A stretch of DNA of 63,362 bases, the filler included, from Phoronis australis (lineage: Eukaryota; Animalia; Phoronida): NCBI GenBank assembly GCA_002633005.1. It is 6 parts of 6 records of this genome, joined end to end, with 100 filler letters (N's around TTAATTAATTAA, not from the genome) between each part and the next. Parts side by side here need not be neighbours in the genome. Positions count along the whole stretch, not along the records: positions 16,771 to 46,031 come from NMRA01001296.1; 5 more parts are not named here. One strand, written 5' to 3'. Each line of letters opens with the position of its first letter. Within the stretch, counting starts at the first letter, position 1. The notes beneath the pieces were generated by a model. That model was given only the letters and a program-made list of their open reading frames with translations, had not been told where the DNA came from and did not search any database. Below, one piece after another: positions 21,999-36,900 of the stretch. Made by a program: the position numbers and the translations under genes.

Positions 21999-24900
21999 AT
22001 GGCTTCTGACACGTCGCGACCGGGCATATCCCAGCGCGAATTGAGGGAGAAACTGTCAGCATGGGACGCAAAGTTCAATCCCAAGGCACCCCTGACGGAC
22101 AATCAGCGTGACTGCTTTATGAATTTGACAACGTGTGCAGCCAGCAGACCATTGCCAATAGAGGTAAATGGCCTGCCCAGTCTGACTCAGTGACTGTAGA
22201 GTGTAGTCTGACTCTGAGTAACCGAGTTCGAGATATATCTATGACAAGCCATTGTAGCTCAAACTGATGGATGCCTGCGCCAAACTGATTTGCTGCACTT
22301 GAGTTTGGCGTGGGTTGATAAGCCAAAGTGATGCCTGTGCCAAACTGAAGCTACTGTAAGTTCCCAAATTACTGCAAGTTGTTTATGGATTTTTTGATGT
22401 TTATCAGACAGAACCCAGTCTCAAAATTGAAAAGTAGTGCTCACATATGCAGGTCATATGGATTAATCACATGGGCGAAGTGTCTTGGGAAACTATTACT
22501 CACCACGCTACACTCATTGCCATCAATTTTTGTTCTGATAACTTAAAAATGTATAAACCATTGGCAGTAATTTGAGAACTTACGGTACGTAGCATCAGTT
22601 TGGCTCGCACAACCGTGCCAAGTTGAAGTGCTCCTAATCAGTTTTGTGCAAGTATCAGTATGGGCTGTGACACCATCACCAGATTGTATTCGTCTCATAT
22701 TCAAGTCTCTTCTCATGTTGTAGGCAGTTTCACCATCTGACATAGGCCAACAAAGCTGGCTCAGTCTTGGTGTCTTGGAGGTGATGGTGCATACTATTGC
22801 ACCTACTATGTATACCGGAACATTTTTTTTTGCAAATTAAGCTACACTCTGCATGGCTGAATCGTCTTCACAATTCTGTCATGATCTTGATGTGTTTCAG
22901 CTTCCATTAGACGAGTCACCGTCCTTAATTCCGCTATCTACAACACTAGCCACTGCATCTCAAGAGGATCACAGCAGCTTGTTGACAGATTTAGGTGCAG
23001 ACAAAATTGAAAATGCTCAGCAGGTAAATGACAAAATTGATAATTTGTAGTCAGCAAAATATGAAAATCAATTGAACATAGTAGGGCATTTTTCCATTGT
23101 GCCTCGAGAGTAATTTTGGGAGAAAACTAGGAAAGGGTGTTAATTAGCAATTTGAGGATTCCACTCACCTGGGAGAAAGTAGCGAATACTCAGCTCTTAA
23201 ACGGTTAAGCGTTTGTTTACTGACTTTGGGGAAAGGTGGGCTGTGACTTTTGAGAGAGGAATTATTTTGGTTAAGAAAAAATCTCCCACCAATTTCACCC
23301 CCTGGTCACCACTACGCTCACCCTACGGTCACCAACCAATGATTCTGGTCTTGTGCGAATTTCTTTCTATGCTCAGTACCATGTGATCAATGCTACACTT
23401 GCTATAAACTAATTCTTATAAATTTGTTCTCCATATCCAGTTTGCAGATAATTGTAAGGCATGACTACGAATGTGAAGTGAGGATATTTGATATTTGGAA
23501 GTGAATAAAACTTCAGAAGTTGAAATTCTGAGTGTATTAAAAATGATTTTCAAGTCTTGTGAAGAATTTCTTAATTATAGGAGATTATCTTTGTGGCATG
23601 CTGACGGGAATTCTGTGTGATTTTAAATATTTTTCAGATGGGCATGGGGTGGGTATTCAACCCCGAAATTGAAGCATTGAGGGTCCTGAATTCAATGACA
23701 TGAAAACAATGTAATTTTACCCCTTCCCACTTCGCCATCGTGATTTAATTTTTCCCTTCTCTTACAGTTTTATTCTTGGTACGCAAAGTTGGAAGAGGTA
23801 ATGGAAAATGAAGATGAGGTTGACTACAGGTACTGTATACATTGTAAAATTGAAGACAATCCTGTGCGCCCGTGTTACGTCATGTATTGTCATCATCTCT
23901 ATTGGGTGGCAGGTTGTGTGGGCAGTCTGTTTCTGATACTATTGTCTGCTTTTCTGCCAACTGGTGGGGCTTAGCTCCTTCTAAAGGAAACATTCCAACT
24001 GATTCATTGTCATTTAGGAAAGTGATTATAGCTTAGTTGAAGACCCACTAAGTTGAAAGCTAAAAGCTGTATATGTCTGTGAGGTTTTTGAAAAAATGTG
24101 ATAAAACTTTTTTTGCTAAAAATGACACATGCATGTAATTTCTAGTGTTTGTACATCTTCAGAAATGAGCTGGGCACAGATCAGAGCCAAATTAAGCTTT
24201 TGGCTTTAAATTCAGTGTTAATAAAGTAATATGTTTTCTAAGTGTACGGCATGTATATATATATTCTTAGGTTTTTGCCGATTCAATGAAGACCACATTT
24301 TCAATAAATAACCACGTGCATACATACTGAAAAGATTGTACGATCATTTTCACCTGTCAGGTGTGTCATTGACCAACTGCTGGACTACAGGAGTCAGTGT
24401 CACCAAGTGTTGGAAGAGATCTACAGTGCTATGGACTATCTTGGTCAGTTGAATAAACAACATGTGTTCGTGTCCACTAAGACAAACGCCTTGCATGAGG
24501 CCTGTGAACATCTACTCACAGAACAGGTATTTCACAGATTTGAAGAACTTTTTGTTACAAAATTTCTTTTGCAATATACCAGACATGATAATTCCAATTA
24601 GTTGTCTGATGATTGATCAGCACTTGATGAAAAATTCTGCTATAGGAAAGATGTAACTGTTTATTGTACATCATCACAGGTGAAATATCTAATATCCTGT
24701 TGTATTCATGGTGTGGTATATGACAGACTGAGTGAATAATTCGTAGAAGAATTCTTCAGTTTGGGTTCAAAAAGATGAATTTTATAACTGCGATGTTATA
24801 AATCAGTGCGTTATGACCAACGCATGACGTGTATAAAGACTAATGATTCTTGCTTATAATCATTGCTAATTTGTCAGAAGCTTTCTTCATCACTGCAATC

Positions 24901-27900
24901 GCTCAAAAATTGACCAAATTTTACCTTCAAGTTGATGACTGCTTTTCCACACTAGCCATGCAAAGACAACTGAAAGTAAAGTTTCCAGAAAAAAATCTAA
25001 TAATTGAGAAACCTGTGAAAGAATGAAATTTCACTTACCCACCATACTCGTCTGTTTCTAATAGTGAAATGTTTTACTTGAACAATAGCAATCGCATTTC
25101 TATACTTACTGTGTTGAATCAAACATGCGTGGTCTCTGAAATAAGTGGTTAGTTACGTTTTTAATGGAGAGTTGTATCATTTCCTTCACTGGCTTCATTG
25201 TGCCTTCTGTTACAGACCAAACTAGTGAATACAGCTGAAAGTATCAATAACAAGTTATCGTACTTCAATGAGCTAGAAAGAATATCTAGTGTGAGTAGAT
25301 TCTGAGTTATAAAAATTATCAAGTTAACATGACAAACGTTGAAAAGTTCATGGAAATTACACTGAACGTTTTACACTTTTAATGCTATCAATTTGTGCCT
25401 TCCGTTTGTTGTTATTTCCAAAGTGGCAGAGATGTTAGTTATTCTTTTTACACTAACTTTCATGTGCTAATCAATCTCGTTTCATAAAGTTGTGTGGTTT
25501 AATATAGATACTAAACAGTTTTGTTTCATCAGAGAAGTTCTATGGTGTAATGTTGGTACTGAACACGAAATGAAATATGTAGTTGTTTTGGGACGATATA
25601 TTTATTATTTTTCATTATGCGTAATACACATTCCTTGATCTGCTATTTCAGAAACTTGGATCACCAACGCTGACGGTCACAAGTGAATCTTTCATACCGA
25701 TGTTATCGAGGATCGATGAGTGTATAGCTTATGTTATGTCAAATGTAAGGGATATGGTTTGTTGGAACCAGCTATTAACAGTTTACAAGGCAAAAGTAAT
25801 CAGAAAAATATCATCATCATGATGGGTCATTCTAGTTAATATCCTGTTGATAAATTGCATTTGCACTCAGCTGTTATGACAGAGAATTCCGCTTGCGTCC
25901 GTGACATCATTATGGGGTATTCAGATCATTTTTTGCGTTTGCTGTTAGTATCTGTTCAGGTTAATCATCAGAGTATACAATACTCTAAGCATTTAAAAAG
26001 TTGAGGGATGGGCACTTGAAAATTATTTCCTTTGGGGTTTGGGTGCCTACCCAAGCTTTGAAGTTCAGATTGATGGCTGAAGAGCTTCATAGTAATGTTG
26101 CTTCGTATGGTTGCCAAATAATTCAAGGAAGCTTGAACAAAGTTTTGAAATTTGGTAATTTGCCTAGTATTTCAACACTTCTTTCATGTTTAGAATTTGT
26201 TCTCATAACGTTGATGAAGTTCATTAAAATTTAAGCTGCCTCAGTGATATGGAGTGGCAAATTAGGAAGGTAATCAAAGGAAAACTTATTGTTGTCAGAT
26301 CATTGGGGATTTATTTGAAATTTTAGTCTCAAAATTTTGTTAATTTTATGACATTGATGTATTGGTTTTTTTCATTTGTTATAATGACAGTGCTTGGTGT
26401 TCTCTTTTCAGCCACAGTACAAAGAATCTGAAGTGTACCTGACACGGTTCAAGCACTGCTTATCAAAAGCCCTCAACTTAATAAAACTTCACGTTGTGCA
26501 GATTCTACAGAATGCTACTTTGCAAGTCACACCAAGAAAGGTAATGAGACTAGGTGAAAAGATTCCTTTTGGAGCAGATAACGTACCTATTGGTGTACCC
26601 CGTTTCGTCGATATCTCACAGGCTTGTTTCACCGCACTTGTATTCACAAATAACGCCGCATCTTTTAAAAAGAGGGGATACATCCTTAGTACATGGAAGG
26701 ATGGCTCAGATGGTTTTGAAAGTGCGGACATTGCCCTGAGAACTACATAGGTGATACTGGGCAAATCCTTGCAATGAGAGTGAAGGATCACCGGAATCTC
26801 AATTTTCGACCTATCACAGCCATCCAAGAACCATTAACTTTCTGAAGACAATTTCTCAGTAATTTATCCCCACCCTGACAAGTAAAAAAGACGCATTTGG
26901 GAAGCCATAGAAATCCTAACTCAGCAAACCAAGTCTGAACAGAGATCCTGGCTTCGATCTTCCTGCGGTGTATTCTGACATACTAAAAGGGGTTCCCCAA
27001 TATGGGATTCGCATATTGCTGTTTTTAACTGGACCACAGAGGGCGCACCTGGTGGTGAAACAAGTCCGTGAGATATGGGCGAAATGGCGTACAGCGACAT
27101 CAGAATTAGTTACATTGTTATCTGCTCCAAAACTAATCCTTTTGACCCAATGGAGCACAGGAATGTAGTATCAAGAAAGGTAATAGTGTCGATTTTGACT
27201 TTTGATAGTTATTAAAATATGTAATTGAAGGGAGATGGTGCCATAATCTAGATTAATCACGTTTAAGAGTTGATGGTGTCAATGTGATAGTTTTCTAATG
27301 TTCTAATCCATGTCCTGGTATTAAAACCAACTTTCTTCTAAGTTGTGCTTGCTCTTCCAAGGCAACAGCATTGTAGTCTTAATCCTTTGTTTTTACTGAT
27401 TGAAATGCCTGGCATTCCCTGGATAGTCATTCTGCAATTGGCAACTGAAACCAAACGTCCATGATTCTCTGAGCCTGGTCTGAAGGAGAATGGGATTTTA
27501 AGTAAATAATTTCTGATGCGGGAAGAAGATGAGGCAGATTTGATAATAGCATACGTTAACCTTAAAGCTTATTCTTACGGAAGATGTGTTCTTATACCAC
27601 CATTAATATTAAAAGTCCACAGATTCTGGCTTTCGTGTGTTGACGATACATTCAAAACACAACGTTCTACACACCCTTTTACAGGATGTGACCTCCCTCA
27701 TCGACTAATGAATACAAAATACTATGTTGTACTCGCCCATTTACACTATGTAACCTCACCCATGGATGAATACAAAATGCAATGTTGTACACCCTTTTAC
27801 AGGATGTGACCTCACCCACTGATGCATTTACCCTGTTCTACGGAAAGTTTCGTACAAATGCACCTCGTGTCAAGTCACTCATGGAACAGATAGAACAGAG

Positions 27901-30900
27901 ACTTGACAAAAGCTCAGAGTGAGTTCTCGTCCTTCTCTTGTGTATAGATAGACAAAAGGCGATAATGTTTAATTTAGTTGTCTTGCAGCATTACTGAGTT
28001 AACATGAAGTTTTTTATTTGTGCGGCGATCGTCCATTTTCTAATTACTGTTTTGTGGTGAACACGTGGCTCAAACAGGCACATGGCAAACTAGTCTCACT
28101 GTGTAATAGACAGAAGAGTGATGACCAACAGCATGTGTTTCCTTATATGAAATTTATGGTGTCAATAAATATTTTTGGCCTTGTAGTGGAGAATATGAGA
28201 GGGCCCTGTTCCAGTGCAGTTTGCAATTGGCATGTACAGTTTCGTCTGCTAATTCGTGGTTGTTGCAATTTTGGCGAAGTAGATGACAGACATTCATAAT
28301 TCCAATTTACAACGAAGCATAAAATGTTTGGAGATTTTGGTGATGTTAAAACAGGCTTTTGTAGGCCCTCTTGGAAAGCAGTGCTATCACTGAAGAGGCC
28401 ACCCTCATTTTAAGTATCACAATAATAAATAAATAAATAAATGTAGTAATGAAATGAATATTTATCCTCACATTTGTACATCGAAACTTTGTCAGCGTTG
28501 GACATTGTCCACTTTATTTTGGAAACTGCTGTGCCTCCATACTACAAATTTGTTATTGACAGCACTGTTATTTGGCATGGCTGCATAATTCATCCAGGCA
28601 TTTTTGGATCATAAAATGTAAAAATGACTATGTACATACATTACCTACCTTTAAGCCAGGTGCACTTGTTCTAGGTATGGTCAATTGTTGACAGACTGTC
28701 ACCAGTGTTACTTCAGTCAGAGAATGTCGTTACTGGGACCTAGTGTCACCGAAGCTGTATCTGAGCTGGCCAAGAAACACATACGAGACCACTGTGCTCT
28801 GGTAAGTTGTTGTTGCTATATCATGAGTGTTGTTTAAGGATATGTACAAACTTATCGACAAGTGTCTGCTCAGTATATGCAGAAAGCCTGACTGAGTAGA
28901 ATTTGATTTTTGGCTTTTTGCCATGAATTTGCCTTTAATTGGGTCACATGACCTTGTATTTTTTAGTAAAACTTACTAGCAAAATAGAAAAGGTAGATTC
29001 ATACCAAAACAATGGTATCAATGATAAATTGACCAATTTTCTGTAGGTTAATGTTCATGATGAAATCTCAATAATGCTGTGACAGTTTTCTGAATTACCA
29101 CTTCAACTGTTATTTTTTGTTTTCGTAAAAATCAAAACTTCATACATCAGTGCAATATTTTAAGAACAATTACAGAGCACCACATTAAGATTTCAGAAAG
29201 TTTCATATTGACGATCATCCATTTCAGAGACATTCGATGTTCCAAAGTTATCCAAATCTGGCAATAGCCATTGATACCTATTGCAAAGTGACACATGATG
29301 GTGTTATGTCAATATCGCTATCAAGGAACATTATGAGTCGTAAAAGGGCTGATTGGATTTTCGTTTTTAGCCACCTGAATGGCGGAATGTAGTTTTAGGC
29401 TTCAAGTCACTTTTCATGAAACACGCCCATGGTGTTATAGCTAGACAGAGGAGCCAGCACGGCCTAGTGGGATATGTGTCCGTGTTTTATTCAAAGTTGT
29501 GTGTTCGAGTCCCACTAGGGCACATTAATAGACCCTTGAGTTTGGTCTCTAGTTCCACAGCTTGGTTTTAACAGACTATACATGTACGTTGATAAAGCAT
29601 AAAAATGGTTCCTGGTGGTTAGTGTAATGGGTCCACCTTAGCGTACACGTCAGGTACAATGTGTACCAGTCTCACCTGCAATAAATTATTTTTATTAAAC
29701 AGCTACTATATCGAATGATCTTAACTGTGTACTTTTTCATGACCCAACACGACTTGTCATCCTGAAGACCCTGACAGGGAATTACGTTAACATTGTAATG
29801 TAGTTCTCATGACTGGGGTATCCTCCTCTGTTGAGTCGTGATAAGTAAATAATCCAGTGTTCAGTCATGACAGGGTATTCTGGATATTTTTGTCCAATTT
29901 GTTTTGCGTGCAGTGTATTGCCCATTGCTTTCAACTATTAAAGTGACTTGTCTTTTCTTGCAATTGACCAATCGCCAGGATTTTGAGCGACGGCTTAACT
30001 GACCAATCAGAACGCTGCATTCTTGACACATCTTCGTTTCCTAGCTGCCATTTTACACGACAAACAACACGTTGTCGGATAAAACTTATTGTTTGTTTGT
30101 CATTTTTTCGCAAGAGGGTGGAGCATGGAATAGGTCAGTTATTGTTTTTCTTTATTTCTTAGATGAGAAGTGGTTGTGCCTTCATGGTTCATGTCTGTGA
30201 GGATGAGTACCAGCTGTTCTTCAACTTCTTTAGTCAAGAAACACATTTATTGGAGTACGTATATTTGAGGGATTTTTTGAACTTCATAAACTGTCTGTTG
30301 AATTGAACATGTTATCAAAGGGAGGATAGTATTGCCTGGAACAGATTCTGATTAGTTTATGATTATTTCTGTTTAAAATTATTCACAGCTGACAATTTTG
30401 TGCAGAGGCTACCTAAAAACTGATAAGTGTTTTAAAACTAACAATAAATGTATACAATTGCATATAAATTCTTAGCAAGTACATGTTTTTACATGGCGTT
30501 GTCACAGTGCGAGTTGTCACGGCAAAACTTGCTCCGCTTAAGTCGCATTTATACAACATTAGATCGCAAACTGGATCAGCACGAGACATTTACATGAAGA
30601 CTGTTTGCGCATGCTCGCATAAACTATAGCAAACATACAAACCGTGTGGAATGCCAGCGAATCGCTCGTATCTACACTATTGCGTAAGTGTAACCGAGAT
30701 GATTCCTTCCCCCTTGCTTCAGCATTTAGGTGACTGTGTAGTTGACACTGGAGCAACTGATCGGGTGCAACTTGCTCTATCTCTGGAATTGGTGTCAAAA
30801 ATGGACGACGTGGTGTGAACTTGGTCCGTGTCCGTCGTGTTTACACACACGCTTGCACCTGATCAGCTGTTCCGTGTTAGTTGCTACGTGACAACTGACT

Positions 30901-33900
30901 CCCGTGTAAAGGCAGATCAAGATGTGAGAAGGTCCAACATAATTATGTAAGGCTGATTTCTGTAAGTTTTAATGTTACAGAAATGTTGCTTTTAATGAGA
31001 GGAGAGATATTTTTGAAATACAATGCGTGCCAAATGTTGAAATTTAGACAGGGGTTTTTGTGCAATTTGCATTTTGTTTTCTGTTGCTTGAATGTATTAT
31101 GCATGACACAAATACTTTAATTTGCATATTAGACCCTTACAATATAACCCAATGCCAGAAATTATCTTTAACTGTTTGTCATGAATGTATTGACACCACT
31201 TTCACACCATTTTGCACATTACGACTACTGTATTGCTGCGGCAGATATTGCTATTTTGCCACATTGTTGTCCTTGTTTTCAGTGCCATGCTGGAGGGAAT
31301 GTGCAACACACTTTATGATGTATTCAGGCCTCTCATTATACACATCAACCATTTGGAGACGTTGGCTGAGCTGTGCAGCATTCTCAAGGTACGAGTGGAT
31401 AGTCAGTTAAACTGAGTGCTCGTTGAAAAACGCCACGCACTTGTGAGGCATTTCAGAGTAGACCGTTTGCCTCCCTCACCGACCTCACAATCGTATTTGT
31501 TAACTACAAACTGTATTTGTTTTCGCACACCACGTAGTATAAAATATGGCAGCTTAATGACTGTATTCAATTATTTGAAGTCCTGTGTGAAGTCCATGTT
31601 GTATAATTGCACTTCAAATTAAATTTATGTTCTAGTAAGTGGGTGACATTGTTTAAATACGCTGCAATCTGATATCTTGGTTTCGCGTCATTGTTTAATT
31701 ATCTTTTGCAGGTTGAAATGCTTGAGGAACACGTGCAGAATAATCGTAAGTAACATTTGATGTGTCAACCTTTAAATAAAAGCAAACCACTTGGTACTTT
31801 TAGGTAGTATTTAAATATGAATAAATAAGAACTTAATATTAAAGTGGGAGGGACAGACCTTTTGAAATTTTTCAGAAGAGGTTGATAGTTGTTTATGCTA
31901 GACTTATTGATTGGATTTGGACTTAAGATAAGGTGTTTCAAACATTATGTGTCTCTGATATTGTAATGCGAAAGCACCAAACTCATAAAATGCACATCCA
32001 GTTTTGGCACCTTTTTTAACTTGGGCATATATTTTCCTCTCAAGTTCAATGTAGCTGTAAGATGGTAGAGGTCAGCACTGTACATCAAATGCTTAGCATT
32101 TATTGAAGGAATGTTATTGTCGCATTCTAATGTAGTGATAGTGGTTGTTGTAGAACTGCTTGCTGCGATCGTTGGCATAATTGCTTTCATAATAATTCTA
32201 GCGCAGCAGTTGGGTGCTTTTGAGACAGTGTGTCGGCAGATCTTGGAGGACGTACAGGAGCGGCTGGTGTACAGAACTTACATCTACATAAGAAGTGACA
32301 TCCTCAATTATAAGCCTGCATCAGGGGACCTGGCATACCCTGAGAAACTGGAGATGATGGAGGTTGGTTGACAGGCTGCAGACTGTTACAGCTTCATTAG
32401 GCCTGCTCGCGATTGGACCATCTTTGCAACGACTTGCTCTGTAATATTTAGCAGCATTTAAGGATCACTTTTAATCTTTACTTTGTCAAAAACGTGTTAC
32501 TTTGTAGCTTGCATAATCTTCCATATGGGACATAATGTGTTTACAAGTTGCGTAAACTTGCCGGGTCCTTCCTCACGGTTTGCGTTCTTTCAAAGTCAGA
32601 CCTGCGCTCGCTGATTTGTAAGTGATCAACATGCATCCACCATGATTAATGATGCTGTTGTTATTATAATATCAGTGATATTTGTTTTATACAGAATTCT
32701 ACCATGAAATAGTGTGTGAAACACATAATGTAATATATGCACTCGTCTGTTAAAGAGCACTTCGCTGTTAAAGGAAAATTCTATGATTTTTAGATGTTTG
32801 GGTAAATAACGGGAAATACAATGAATTTTTAGATTTCTGGATACCATTTAAATTATTTTGTAAAAAGTTAACTACTTGTCAAAATCCAAACTTTCCCGAA
32901 AGCGAAACTCAATGTCATGTGATTTCACGTCCATTTTATCCTGTGTATTATTGCTGCGAACTCATTGTTTTTGTTTCCAATTCCTGCAATTATTTGTCAT
33001 TTCCTGGATCTGTCAGTGTGCTGAACATGTCTTGGGAGTTTCTGGAATTATGAAACGTTTTGCATGAACTCTAACCACAGGTGGCTTCGATAAGTGTGCC
33101 TTAGTCGGACTCACAAATCGAAGCATGGCAACTCCACTTAAACTGTGATATAGTCCTTACTGACGACAAGTATTTTTCCATTGGGATGCTGTACGAAGCT
33201 ATCAGTTTGAATTGCGTCTCACTATTTTTCCACTGGGATATTGTACAGGGCTATCAGTTTGAACTGTGTCACACTGAGGGAGAGTGTAAACCAAACAATG
33301 GTGAGCAAGAAGATGAGTCATAATCGGAGAACTTGCAATGTTTGCTGCATACCCTTTTTCCAGAAAGACTTTCCAGCGAGGCATTCACTGGCAATATAAT
33401 TCTAATTTTCACAATTCATGCTCTTCTGCGCGCGTTGCCCCTCAGGAATTGATGGATTTGTGATGGAGTGTGCATCTCGGTGATGAGTACAGCCGGGCAT
33501 GCAGCAACAACTGGACTCAATTCATGAGTCAGTCAGGCTCTGTTTGTCGACCCTGCATTACTGTGCATTCATTTGGTATTTAGCGAGTCTGACTCAGGTG
33601 TGCTAATAGACTCAATCTGTCATTGGATTACAAAATAATAACAATTTACAATTTGAAAAACACCCAGGATTTATCCAAGACAACTTAATTTCAAATACGG
33701 GAACTGACGAATGACTCAAAGAGCTGTCATAAAAGATGGCGATTTTGCAACAACAATGCGCAAGATAAAATGGTGAATTCACGTGATGCCAAATTGTGGA
33801 AAATCAACATTTTTCAAAGTAAATATTAATCTGTTAATTAATTAAAAGTAAATTAATGTCAATTTTGTAAACCACCAACTGCTTTACACTCAGATATTTC

Positions 33901-36900
33901 ACACTGTGTTGAACCCCATTTAATTGATGCTTTCCACATTCCATTTTACAGAGTATTGCTGAAAGTCTTCGAAAGGACAAGCAGGCCCTCAACCGCTCTC
34001 TCTCTAGTTCTAGTGAGACAAGTCAAGAGGTGGCTCAAATTAACACATCGCCCAATGGTGTCGACCCCATGCAGTCCTCAGCAACGGAGGATCAGAAAAA
34101 AACCATTGACAGACAAGGTTTGAAGTGCATGTGGTTCCCAGATATTTTGTGTTTCATCTGTTATAATTTCAGTTGCCAACAGTTGTTAGTTGTTTAAATG
34201 AACTTTTAGTAGAAAACCAACGCTGGTTACATGCAGCAAGTTGGGTTCTTGCCCGTTCTTGACCGAGTTAATCCTCAATCTCATGGGAGATAACTACAGT
34301 TTAGCAACATTATCTGATAACAGGGTGGCAGTAACACAAAATTCTAAACGAATAACATTTTCATATTTTTCCATTTTTTGAAGAAAATTCTGATGATTGT
34401 TTACATGTGAAATTGCCGCTGATGCAACGCCCTCTTAACTATCCATTGTTGGGATCTAATTGGCTCAAATTTAAAGTGATTCTGCTTCGGAATCCAAGTT
34501 TGAAAAGTTGAACATTAGCGAGTCTAGTGGTATATGGATTGCAATTAAAACCTTTCATTGACAGTCGATAGTGTTTTCGTACTTGAAATCTTGTGCTTTT
34601 ATGATCATTGCAGCCTATGTTCTACGTGTCCTCAAAATTTATTTAATCCTGGAAAGTGCAGTTCTTCTGAAACATGTGCCCATGAGAGGGTTTAACTTTT
34701 TCCATGAAACATGAACACACATTAAAGTGCTTAACATTCACCAATTTATATTCAAAAACAACTCCAGTCGATCAGCTTTCAAATTTGTACACCCGCAAAC
34801 ACTATGTGACGATATGTCAATTTAGCTGATCTCGAGTCGCAAGCATTTATTGATTCATGCATATTACGTAGAACTGCGACAACCAATTACAGCACAAGTC
34901 ATTGGTTCCATTGTGCTTAGTGCGAAAAATCGTGGGATGTTGCTACTTGTTTTCCTGTGGTTTGTAGTATAATTATAAGTGAGACATCTGAGAAGGGCGG
35001 ATGTGGCCCAAATTTGTGTGAGAAACTTGCGTGTTGGTGGACACGACACAATGGCATCAGGCTCGTTCATGCGTCACACTCATGTCCGTGGAGCTAAGAA
35101 ATTGTCGTCTTTCTTCTATTTTTGCATTTTCGGATTTCACGATTGCGACATGAAGTGTATAAAGAAATGTTTGATGATGCTGACAATGTAGTCGCTTGTC
35201 AAAACAATGGTAAATGGGGGTTTTAAACACATTGCAATGGTTGTATTCATTGTTCCATGACCTTGTGCCTGTTGCCAGTTAATCGTAGACGTTGCGTTAT
35301 TGCTGGCGCTGCTATTTCTCTGCCGTTCTTCTCTTCAATCCGTCTGACCCTGATATTGTTTCTGTACTTTCTTTACAGACTCTTTCCTGTCTGGAACTAG
35401 TATGCCCATGTCCCCTGCTGATCTGCACGGCATGTGGTACCCCACGGTGAGACGTACACTTGTCTGCTTGTCAAAGTTATCCAGGTGTATAGATGTAAGT
35501 AGAGTCTTCATGTTAATGAGAAAGTCACATCTGTATTAAGTTAGACTTGCGGCCTGTTTCTTGAGGTGGCTTTTGTCCTTTGCCAAATGTCAGAGATCTG
35601 ACTACAAATAGCCAATAGCTGATTTTTTGTCTATTTAGGTTCTTGAAATGTTTCGTCTTCTGCCTATTTGAGCAGACTACGTATTTCTGTCTTTTGACGA
35701 GTTGTAGACAGATTTTCTGACTTTCAGCCTTAGCCTGATTTATGCGAAATGGGCTAAGCCATCGGTACATTGATTTTAGCTGAAAATTAAGAGACACAGG
35801 CCAATAGACAGTCCCCTGATGATTGTGCAAAATCCACTTTCCATCCTCTCATTGTTGCACCATAGAGTTGTTCAGGCTAAGTATATCATTTGGTTACTGG
35901 ATGTTAAATTTATTGGAATACTGTGTTATCCACAGAAAGATAGTGGCACAAAATACATTAATTTAATTTTGTAACAGAGCAAGTCTCCAGTGAACACCAA
36001 AAATGTGTATTTCACCTCGTCGCGCATACATTTCAGTTCAGTTACACATAATGACAACCCTCAATTCCATAAAGGAAGGAAACACCCTTTTCCGAAGTCT
36101 GTCGCTAGCGAAGTGCCAGACGCATACAGTCGCGCCCGCATGCCCACGTAACAAAGGCGCACTGAGACGCAACAAAGACATTAGCATAAAATAACTGAAC
36201 AATGATAGCATAACAATAATCGTACAGTTACTAACATCCCGTCACACATTCTCAGTTATTACAGTAATTATCTCCCCATGCCTGTTAAGACATTAAATTT
36301 GCTGTGTATTGCTACACTACTTGTTGGTTATGATTTAATGTAACAGTTCCCGACCAACAGACGCTGGTCATCCTCCTGGGTAAGTTAGTTATCAGTTCCA
36401 GTTTAGATTTGTGTTTTGTTTATAAAGGACATTACCTGGACATCAACTAAGCGCTTTCTGTAGTGAGGTGATTATTGTAGACATGCTACTCTCTGGGTGG
36501 TGGTAGAATTGAAGTTGCATGCCATAATTAGTGTTGGATGATTCATGTTAAGCCTGAGAGTGGCTTCTCTTGTCTGAAGAGTTTGTTGGGTGATAAGGTA
36601 TTAAGATAAAATAAGATATGATTCTTTATTTAGAAAGGATGAAAACGTCATGTTAAGCATCAGCTTGTCTACCACATGATCCTCTAAAAACATTATAAAC
36701 ATGATACAAAATTATTTAATTAAAAATAAATAATTTGGGGTTGAGATGAGAACGACTAAGTACAGTAGAATGATTTTAAATATTAATTTAATTAAGTGAG
36801 TGTTTCAGCCAAGACTTTGTGAGTTGCTTTGGATCGGATGCAATGTTGGTATGGTCAAAATTTTCAGCTCGAATTTTTCACCAGAGTTACGTTGATTTTT

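Noticed and set aside
33478-33595. TGATGA..CTGA as a C/D box snoRNA
   Set aside because: No convincing terminal stem or recognisable rRNA guide.
34614-34690. Possible cassette exon in COG3 intron 14
   Set aside because: The donor phase does not match the downstream exon, and there is no COG3 similarity.
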